Assembly: GCA_007376135.1 (NCBI GenBank)
Contig: VMFR01000001.1
Coordinates: 206,554 to 270,553 of the forward strand
Direction of reading: 5' to 3'
Length of the DNA: 64,000 bases
Source of the DNA: Parcubacteria group bacterium Gr01-1014_31
GTDB taxonomy: Bacteria > Patescibacteriota > Patescibacteriia > Buchananbacterales > GWA2-38-13
A model generated the notes under the pieces. It saw nothing but the letters and a program-made list of their open reading frames with translations. It did no database searches and had not been told where the DNA came from. Made by a program: the position numbers and the translations under genes. Positions within the stretch are counted from its first letter, which is position 1. The number at the start of each line of letters is the position of its first letter. Below, piece after piece: positions 57,131 to 64,000 of the stretch.

Positions 57131-57152
57131 ACTGCGAAGATTAAAAATGAGT

Positions 57153-57189
57153 ATGTAAAAAATATATTACATTCTCCGCAACTTGTCAA
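57153..57189 (-). promoter_or_regulatory. Promoter TTGACA-17-TATATT overlapped by palindromic operator ATGTAA-N8-TTACAT
   Basis: atgtaaaaaatatattacat at 57153..57172; plausible XRE autoregulation site. Confidence 0.6.
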
Positions 57190-57231
57190 GTGGATAACCC
57201 TACCCCGCGATGGTACAATGCGGGAACTATC

Positions 57232-58392
57232 ATGCGCGCAAACAAAAAAACATTCCACCTCATCTACCTCCTGAACTTCCTGCTGGCGCTGGCCTGGGCG
57301 CTGCCCGCCTACATCGAATCCGCCTACCTGCAGGCAACCGCCGGTCCAAAAGCCGTCGCCCTCTTTCTGTCGGCCGCGACCCTGGTCACCGCGGTGGTGG
57401 TCTTTTTTTATCCGCGCCTGATACGCCGCGTCAGCAACTACCGAGCGATGGTGCCGGTCCTGGTCGCCAACTTCGTTCTCCTTTCCGCCCTGGCGTTCGC
57501 TACCCACGCCGGTGCGATATTCTTCATCTTCATCGCCTACTACACGACGGGGACGCTGCTCGGCATCAATATCGATGTTTTTTTGGAGGACATTTCGGAT
57601 GACGAACACACCGGCCGCATCCGCACCAACCTCCTGATGGTCGCCAACATCAGCTGGGTGCTGGCACCGCTGGTCATGGGCCTGCTCGCGGACGGCGAAC
57701 GCTACCGGCTGGTATTCATGGCCGCCGCCACCGCACTGCTGCCGGCCCTGCTGCTGCTCGCGCTGCAACGGCGTTCCATGCGCGACCGATTCGCGTACCG
57801 AAGCCGCCACTTCCACCAGCTGCTGGCCGCGGTCTGGCGCGATCCCAACCTGGTCAAAATATTCTCGCTGGCGCTGGTGCTGCGCTTTTTCTATTTCATC
57901 ATGGTGCTCTACATTCCGCTGCATCTGCACCACGCGCTCGGATTCTCCTGGGGCACGATCGGCTGGATACTGACGGTGATGCTACTCCCGTTCCTGCTGC
58001 TGCAGTTCCCGGCCGGCCGCATCGCCGACCGGTTCCTGGGCGAAAAAGAGATCATCATCACCGGCCTGCTAACCATGATCGTGTTCACCGGGCTGATCTT
58101 TTTCACACGCTCCACCAGCCCCGTGGTATGGGCAGGCATCCTTTTTATGACCCGCGTGGGCGCAGCGCTGGTAGAAGCGATGCAGGAAGTGTATTTCTTC
58201 AAGCACATCAGCCGCCAGGACGTCGACCTCATCAACCTTTTCCGCGACCTGGGGCCGGTGGGCTGGCTTGGCGCCTCGCTGTTCTCGCTGACAGTACTTT
58301 CGTTCTTCACCATCCCCTACCTGTTCCTGTTCCTGGCGGTCATCTTGATGACGGCCTTGCGGCCGGCGCTGACGCTGGTGGATACGAAATGA
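57232..58392 (+). CDS. MFS transporter
   Basis: About 12 TM helices; FPAGRIADRFLGEK motif A. Confidence 0.9.
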   Translation: MRANKKTFHLIYLLNFLLALAWALPAYIESAYLQATAGPKAVALFLSAATLVTAVVVFFYPRLIRRVSNYRAMVPVLVANFVLLSALAFATHAGAIFFIFIAYYTTGTLLGINIDVFLEDISDDEHTGRIRTNLLMVANISWVLAPLVMGLLADGERYRLVFMAAATALLPALLLLALQRRSMRDRFAYRSRHFHQLLAAVWRDPNLVKIFSLALVLRFFYFIMVLYIPLHLHHALGFSWGTIGWILTVMLLPFLLLQFPAGRIADRFLGEKEIIITGLLTMIVFTGLIFFTRSTSPVVWAGILFMTRVGAALVEAMQEVYFFKHISRQDVDLINLFRDLGPVGWLGASLFSLTVLSFFTIPYLFLFLAVILMTALRPALTLVDTK

Positions 58393-58491
58393 AACGGTAG
58401 AAATGAATTTCTACCGTTTCATCCCGAGCAGAGTCGAGGGATCTAATGGCGCCTTTTATAAACAGGCGCTAATTTTTTATGCTATCTTTCC

Positions 58492-58663
58492 GGTACCTTT
58501 CTAAGAAAGGTACCACCAACCTGCCGGCAGGCAGGAGTCGCGCCCGGATGTCATTCCCGAGCCTCGGAGGGAATCCAGTAAATCGGTAAAACGGCCTCGG
58601 GTTACTGGATCCCGGGTCTAGGCCCGGGATGACGCTTCGTGTCACTTTCCTACCAATGGGCAC
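58492..58663 (+). repeat. Diverged partial copy 3 of the palindrome-bounded element, with REP-like insert
   Basis: ggtacctttctaagaaaggtacc, agtcgcgccc and actttcctaccaatgggc match copy 1 blocks in order. Confidence 0.65.
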
Positions 58664-58691
58664 AATCGAATGCTAAGCAGGTGTTAATTTG

Positions 58692-59396
58692 CTATTTGCA
58701 AGTTAGCTGTTTTTGTCTATTCGCGACAAGTGGCAGAACAAGATCATCAATTGCTTGCTGGTCTTTGGTGGTTAAACTCGACAATTTTTCGTCACCGGCG
58801 ATATAACTATAATAAATCTCATCGCCATAATAACGTCCCGTAGCCAGGTCACAATATCTTAACAGGAAGACGAGAGCCATTTTCACTTTTTCGGTGGGAA
58901 GATCATAGCCAAGCACTTCCCCCGTTATCGGATTCTGCAACGGGGCAGCCCCTAGTTCCAACAATTTCTCATGAGCAGTGGTTGAAAAAAAGGAATACGG
59001 CAGTTCGGTGTCGGGATAGATAGTATTTCTCATCCTTTCGTCAACGAATATTGGGAACACTTTTTTATCAAAAATCTCGACTCCGTATAAATCAAATTCG
59101 ATTTTATTAGCAGCGGTCTGCCCGAAATTCTTCAGGTTAAAATTATATATAAATTTGATTTCGTTGCCCCTCCTTTCAGGTTTAACTCTGGAACCAGTGA
59201 CACCTATAAATGGCCTAAGCCGCGGCAGACTCTCACCATAAACTTTTTCCGACAGTTCGTTGGCTTTCCTTGAAAAAAAATTTGCTGCACCGGAGTTACG
59301 TAGCGAGAAAGAAGACAAAACTAAAGAAACGACTGAGACAGTTATCGCAATCCAATCTCTCGGCTTATTTATTTGTCGTGTTCCGCCGCTCCCCAT
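58692..59396 (-). CDS. Hypothetical membrane-anchored protein, low GC
   Basis: 234-aa ORF, N-terminal TM, visibly AT-rich codon usage. Confidence 0.7.
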   Translation of the reverse strand: MGSGGTRQINKPRDWIAITVSVVSLVLSSFSLRNSGAANFFSRKANELSEKVYGESLPRLRPFIGVTGSRVKPERRGNEIKFIYNFNLKNFGQTAANKIEFDLYGVEIFDKKVFPIFVDERMRNTIYPDTELPYSFFSTTAHEKLLELGAAPLQNPITGEVLGYDLPTEKVKMALVFLLRYCDLATGRYYGDEIYYSYIAGDEKLSSLTTKDQQAIDDLVLPLVANRQKQLTCK

Positions 59397-59407
59397 GGGA
59401 GATTACC

Positions 59408-61063
59408 CTATTCCACGATGGTTCCCCCGAAATTCTCCAACAGCGGCTGCAAAGCGTCGTCGGCGGCCTTGAACCCCGGACCGCGGTCGGCGGGCACGAC
59501 CACCACTTCCAGGCGGACGGGCTTGCCAACGACTGCGGCGAGCGCCTGCTCAAGAATTTGACGATTCTTTGGCTCACGCACCCGTTCCAGATGGAAATCA
59601 TACGCCACCCCGACCCGCACCAGGTCCCCGGAAACCTGCACCAAACGCGTCCCCCGCAAGAGCGAAAACAGGCTGTAGTTCTGCGTTTTCACATTCGCGA
59701 CGATGGTCGGCCACTGGCTCTGCAGGGATTCCAGCGTCGCCACCGGCGGGTCTTTCGGGGACTCGCGGTGTGGGATGCCTGACGGCGCGGCTTCCCCGGC
59801 TACGGGTTTGACCGCCGCCTTGGCGGCGGGTGCCTTTGCCGCTTTGCCCTTGGCCGCTTTCTTGGGTTCATCAGACGGAGGACGGAGCGTCGTCGCGCCC
59901 CCCGCCGCCGTTGCGGGCGCATCCGCCCTTGCCGTTGGCGCAGGGGTCGCGGCATCGGCCGCAGGAATACCGCCCATGCACAGCTCCACCACGGCCAGCT
60001 CGAGCGGCAGCTGCGGAATAGTGGCAAACCGCAGCTCGTTGGCGCGCGAAACCCAGACCGACAGCATGGTCACCAGCGCCGCGGCGCTGGGACGAGCGAC
60101 CAGCTCGCTCAAAACCTGCTCCTGGGCAGCCGTCAGACTGACCCCAAGTTCGGATGCCCGCACCCCGCTCTTCAAAAGGAGCAGGCGACGCAACCAGTCG
60201 GTCACCTCGTTGGCAAAATGCCCCATGTCGACGCCGTCGGCCGCCAGCTTGCCAATCAGCTCCAGGGACTGCGCAGCCTGCTTACCCACCAGCGCGTTCA
60301 GAAAGGCAACGACCGAAGAGGCGTCCGTATAGGGAATGACCAGCCGCGCCTGGTCCAAGGTGATGGGATCATCGCCGAGCGCCAGCACTTGCTCCAGCAC
60401 GCTTTCCGCATCACGCACGGAGCCGTCGGCATTCGCGACGATCGCGGCAATGGCTTCCTCGCCGACGGTTCGTCCTTCGCGGGCGACCAGTTGGACGAGC
60501 CGCTCGGCCATGTCCGGAACTGAAACCTTTTTAAAATCAAAACGCTGGCAGCGGCTGACAATGGTCGGCGGGAGCTTGGCGACCTCCGTGGTGGCAAGAA
60601 CGAACAGCACATTGGCCGGCGGCTCCTCCAAGGTCTTGAGGAGCGCGTTGAACGCCGCCAGCGACAGCATGTGCACCTCGTCGATGATGAACACCTTCCA
60701 GCGCAGGCTGGTCGGCGCCACGCGCGTATTGCCGATGATGTGCTCGCGCACGTGATCCACGCCGGTGTGCGACGCCGCATCGATCTCCAGCACGTCCAGG
60801 GCATTCCCTGCCGTGATGCTCGTGCAGGCCACGCAGTCGTTACACGGCTCCGCCGACCCGGACTTGCGCCGCAGACAATTCACGGCTTTCGCCAGTACGC
60901 GCGACGTGGTGGTCTTACCGGTACCCCGCGGACCCGCGAACAGATACGCGTGGGCGACGCGGTCGGTTTCCAGCTGGTGCTTGATCGTCGTGAGCACGTG
61001 CCGCTGGCCGGTGATGTCGGAAAATTTTTGCGGTCGGTGCTTGCGGTACAGCGAAGTAGTCAT
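59408..61063 (-). CDS. dnaX: DNA polymerase III subunit gamma/tau
   Basis: LYRKHRPQKF, GPRGTGKTT, EIDAASHTGVD, IIDEVHML, SRCQRFDF. Confidence 0.98.
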   Translation of the reverse strand: MTTSLYRKHRPQKFSDITGQRHVLTTIKHQLETDRVAHAYLFAGPRGTGKTTTSRVLAKAVNCLRRKSGSAEPCNDCVACTSITAGNALDVLEIDAASHTGVDHVREHIIGNTRVAPTSLRWKVFIIDEVHMLSLAAFNALLKTLEEPPANVLFVLATTEVAKLPPTIVSRCQRFDFKKVSVPDMAERLVQLVAREGRTVGEEAIAAIVANADGSVRDAESVLEQVLALGDDPITLDQARLVIPYTDASSVVAFLNALVGKQAAQSLELIGKLAADGVDMGHFANEVTDWLRRLLLLKSGVRASELGVSLTAAQEQVLSELVARPSAAALVTMLSVWVSRANELRFATIPQLPLELAVVELCMGGIPAADAATPAPTARADAPATAAGGATTLRPPSDEPKKAAKGKAAKAPAAKAAVKPVAGEAAPSGIPHRESPKDPPVATLESLQSQWPTIVANVKTQNYSLFSLLRGTRLVQVSGDLVRVGVAYDFHLERVREPKNRQILEQALAAVVGKPVRLEVVVVPADRGPGFKAADDALQPLLENFGGTIVE

Positions 61064-61157
61064 GAACGTGGGAGGTTGTTTGAAGCAGGGGTATTGTACA
61101 CCGCGGTAGCACGCTGCGCAATCCGACGTTGGCGCCGGATTTTTCGCTTTATTGAAT

Positions 61158-61341
61158 AAAAAAGGGGCCGGTACGAGGAAGCATACCGAGCCCCAGAGAG
61201 GAGAGGAAGAGAGTGTTTTTGGGCCGCGTGGCCGTAATGAGCAGGGTGAAGGAAGGAAAAGAGAGTAGTCCTATCTCTACCCGTGGCGGGTACAAGCAAG
61301 GCTACTCTCTTCTTCTCCTCCGTAGAAAAGAACCGACTGAA
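61158..61341 (-). ncRNA. Candidate ~185-nt small RNA upstream of dnaX
   Basis: TTGACA-16-TATACT promoter at 61348..61375, long purine/pyrimidine stems, terminator at 61158..61194; no credible ORF. Confidence 0.45.
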
Positions 61342-61387
61342 AGATGAAGTATAGCAGAACTGCTGCCGTTGTCAAGCGGGGTGGCGC

Positions 61388-61714
61388 CTACGGCGTCATA
61401 CGCTCCGGGTCCGCGGCTTCGGGATCGGGCGGCAGCAGCCACCCGCCGCGCGCCGGCGCACAGGCGTTGTAGATGGTCTCCATCTGGCGCGACATCCGCT
61501 CCTCCATGGCTCGCAGGTCGTCCTGCAGGGTGCGATAATTCCGCTCGGCCACGCGCGGGAATTCGGTCATCATATAGCGGAGCGTGATCTTCTGCGCGAC
61601 GATGATGCTGCCCAATGTGAACAGCAAAAACATTATGATGGCCATGAAAAAAGCCACATCGCCGTGGATGTTGACGCGGCGCGGGGGAACTTTGGGCGCG
61701 GTCTTCCTGGGCAT
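61388..61714 (-). CDS. Hypothetical single-TM protein
   Basis: MPRKTAPK.. with hydrophobic FFMAIIMFLLFTLGSIIV and coiled-coil-like tail. Confidence 0.7.
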   Translation of the reverse strand: MPRKTAPKVPPRRVNIHGDVAFFMAIIMFLLFTLGSIIVAQKITLRYMMTEFPRVAERNYRTLQDDLRAMEERMSRQMETIYNACAPARGGWLLPPDPEAADPERMTP

Positions 61715-61725
61715 ACCCGAGGTGC

Positions 61726-62301
61726 CTAGGCGGCGATGATATTCTCCACCGCGGCCCAGTTGCTGCGGGAGCTCTTGGGAACGAGGATGACCACTTGATC
61801 GCCCGGCTTGCCGTGGAAGTACGTGACCGACGCGGTCAGCACCCGCCACCGGCGCTCGCCTTTGACCGCGTACCAATCGCCGGTCAGCTGGTCGCGCGCC
61901 AGCACGCCGATGAACTGGTCGCGCTCGATGGGCCCGATCTGCTTATAAATAAAGGAACCATTCTGGGTAATGGTCAATTTCAAGATATCGCCCTCGACGA
62001 GCTTGGATTTACTGGCGTAGTTGGGCGGCACGTTGTAGCGCTTGCCGTCCGCTCCGACCATCGCCTCCCCATTGAAGACGCCTTCGATGACGCGACCGAC
62101 GGCGCCGCTGGCAATGGCGCGGGCGGCGGAGTTGGCCTGCTGCAGGCTCTCCATCACGAGCGCAGCGTTGGCATCGCCGCTATTGAGCGACTCCAGCGCG
62201 CGCGAAATATTCTTCTGGGTGTCCTCCAGCAGTTTCTTCAGGTCTTCCGCCGACTGGCCTTCGCCGACCGGCGTCTGTTCGTGATTTTTGTTTTCCCGCA
62301 T
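61726..62301 (-). CDS. Conserved CPR hypothetical protein
   Basis: VIEGVFNGEAMVGADGKRYNVPPNYASKSKLVEGDILKLTI..YKQIGP signature recalled from Parcubacteria proteins. Confidence 0.8.
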   Translation of the reverse strand: MRENKNHEQTPVGEGQSAEDLKKLLEDTQKNISRALESLNSGDANAALVMESLQQANSAARAIASGAVGRVIEGVFNGEAMVGADGKRYNVPPNYASKSKLVEGDILKLTITQNGSFIYKQIGPIERDQFIGVLARDQLTGDWYAVKGERRWRVLTASVTYFHGKPGDQVVILVPKSSRSNWAAVENIIAA

Positions 62302-62425
62302 ACCCCGTAGGACAACGGTCGTGCGTACTATGCCGACGCCTCGACCGATTTATTTCAACACCTTGGTGTTCGCTCATCCAGGTCGCCCCGTTGTACTACG
62401 GGGTATACCCGGGAGTTTTTCGCTT

Positions 62426-62977
62426 TTAGATTTTCTGGCCGGGTTGGTTGGTCACGCCGCCGATATCGTACCGATAGATAGCGACGCTGGTCGGGGTGGG
62501 CTTAGAAACCGCGCTGGGCTGCCAGCCCACGATCGGAAAGGCGTAGCTCACTACCCTGGCCCCGGACCGTAATTCCGCCGCGAGCTTCGGGCCAAGCTTG
62601 ACCATCGCGCGCGGCGTCAGGAACGTCGTGACCACTGCCGCGTCGGAAAGCGATCGATTGAAAAAATTGCGATAGCGGACCTTCGCACGCCGCCACTGGC
62701 CCGCACCCAGTATTCTACCCCAGGCCAAAAGGTAGGGCAAGAGCGACACCTCAAACCCGATCGCCGGGGCCCCCAAACGGGCCGCCGCGGCCAGAATGCG
62801 CCCATCCCCGCAACCCAGGTCGTACAGCAATTCCCCGCGCCCCAGGCCAGCCAGGGCCAGCATCCGCCGCACGTCGGCTTTCGGCATCGGCAGCCAGGGC
62901 GCGGCCAGCAGTCCGCCCCACGCCATCGTCCCCAAGAACACAATGATTCCCAGGGTCATCCACCACGGCAGTACCAT
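62426..62977 (-). CDS. Membrane-anchored class I SAM-dependent methyltransferase
   Basis: APWLP, LYDLGCGDGR, GARVVSYAF; ATG at 62977. Confidence 0.88.
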   Translation of the reverse strand: MVLPWWMTLGIIVFLGTMAWGGLLAAPWLPMPKADVRRMLALAGLGRGELLYDLGCGDGRILAAAARLGAPAIGFEVSLLPYLLAWGRILGAGQWRRAKVRYRNFFNRSLSDAAVVTTFLTPRAMVKLGPKLAAELRSGARVVSYAFPIVGWQPSAVSKPTPTSVAIYRYDIGGVTNQPGQKI

Positions 62978-63073
62978 ATCCCCATATCCTACCTTACGGG
63001 GACCGCGCCGGCCACCTGTGGTATACTGAAGTGAGCCGAAAACCGACACCGATCGCGGAAACAAAACGGCGCC

Positions 63074-64000
63074 ATGCGCAATGCGACAGAAATAAAATTC
63101 CCCCGCTATACCTTGGTCACCGTCAGCAATCCCGCCAGCCTTGATCTGGACGAGTTGGCGCGGCGTTGGCATTTTCATCCCCTCGACCTGCAAGAAGCCG
63201 GAACGCTCGCCAAGCGTTCGCGGCTGGAAACATACGCCGACTATGCGTGCCTGGTCACGCTTTGGCCGACCTACCGCCGCAGCACCCGCGACATCAAGCC
63301 GGTGGTGCTGACCTTCTTCATCCGCACCGACGCGCTCGTGGTGCTGCAGCGCGGCACGTTCCCGGTCTTCACCGAATCTATCCAGCGCTACGCCGCCAGC
63401 AACGAGCTGCGCACGGCGTTGGCGGAACGCTCCCCCGAACGGTTGCTCTACGAGATCCTCAACCAGCTCTACCAGTCGCTCTTCCCGATGATCGACCACC
63501 TGATCGACGACTGCGACGTCATCGAACAGGAAATTTTCGCGAGCCACGAACGGCAGATGATCTCCCATATCCTCGCCATCCGCCGCAACATCACCGACGT
63601 GCGCAAGATCCTGCAAGTGCACAAGAGCGTGCTCAAACGCCTGGCTACCTACCTGACGGAAAATCCGCGCTACGCGATGCAATCCACCGACCGTTACTTC
63701 GGCGACCTCATCGACTACGCCAAGGAAGACTGGGACACGCTGGAAAATCTGAAGGAGCGGATCGAAGCCCTGCAGCAAACCAACGAATCGCAGATCTCGT
63801 TCCGGCTGTCCGACATCATGAAGACCCTGACCATCATTTCGGTCTTCACCTTCCCCCTGACCCTGGTCGCGGCGATGTTCGCGCTGCGCCCGGGAGGCGG
63901 CATGCCGTGGGCATCCGACCCGAACGGTTTCTGGTACGTCGTCGGCGTCCAGGGCACGCTGGCGCTGGTGATGTTCTTCGTCTTCAAGCGGAAACGGTGG
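63074..64000 (+). CDS. corA: CorA-family divalent cation transporter (runs off window end)
   Basis: Manual translation MRNATEIKF..HFHPLDLQE..IMKTLTIISVFTFPLTLVAAMFAL..GMPW; the canonical GMN motif is not present. Confidence 0.85.
   Translation, partial: MRNATEIKFPRYTLVTVSNPASLDLDELARRWHFHPLDLQEAGTLAKRSRLETYADYACLVTLWPTYRRSTRDIKPVVLTFFIRTDALVVLQRGTFPVFTESIQRYAASNELRTALAERSPERLLYEILNQLYQSLFPMIDHLIDDCDVIEQEIFASHERQMISHILAIRRNITDVRKILQVHKSVLKRLATYLTENPRYAMQSTDRYFGDLIDYAKEDWDTLENLKERIEALQQTNESQISFRLSDIMKTLTIISVFTFPLTLVAAMFALRPGGGMPWASDPNGFWYVVGVQGTLALVMFFVFKRKRW

Noticed and set aside
48288-58663. tRNA-anchored prophage or integrative element
   Set aside because: No integrase, phage genes or duplicated tRNA 3' end seen.
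61158-61341. SRP RNA (ffs) by position upstream of dnaX
   Set aside because: Conserved SRP helix-8 motif not found on either strand.
61726-62301. Ribosomal protein L7/L12 (a label I recall being attached to this family)
   Set aside because: No L7/L12 motifs; treated as a conserved hypothetical protein.

Overview
High-GC bacterial genomic window whose gene content points to a Patescibacteria/CPR (Parcubacteria-like) organism; this is an inference from CPR-typical families such as the DUF2914, CAP, ECF+DUF5667 and conserved 'VIEGVF..NYASKSKL' proteins. Housekeeping genes (partial recJ, gpmI, lepA, murJ, ackA-pduL, tRNA-Gln, dnaX, partial corA) flank a roughly 28 kb block (16.7-45 kb) of cell-surface genes. 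The best candidate for an undescribed system is a minus-strand cluster at 24.8-37.2 kb. It encodes a SipW-type signal peptidase and several paralogous, Cys-rich proteins with TasA-like 'A|AF' N-termini, some carrying vWA or Cna-B/LTD adhesin modules, which suggests a donor-strand fibre or pilus. Two of its subunit genes are preceded by a block-conserved, hairpin-rich 340-440 nt leader (candidate new cis-regulatory RNA). The cluster also contains a four-helix-bundle gene bracketed by inverted 7-mer arrays, and similar empty 7-mer hairpins lie between other genes. Other notable items: dockerin-bearing proteins, an LPDTG protein with its sortase, a double histidine kinase, an amidase inside a MacAB-type operon, two promoter-to-terminator small transcription units, a three-copy palindrome-bounded non-coding element, and a duplicated DUF2914 3' end marking an insertion. 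All family calls were made by eye from motifs; no database searches were run.
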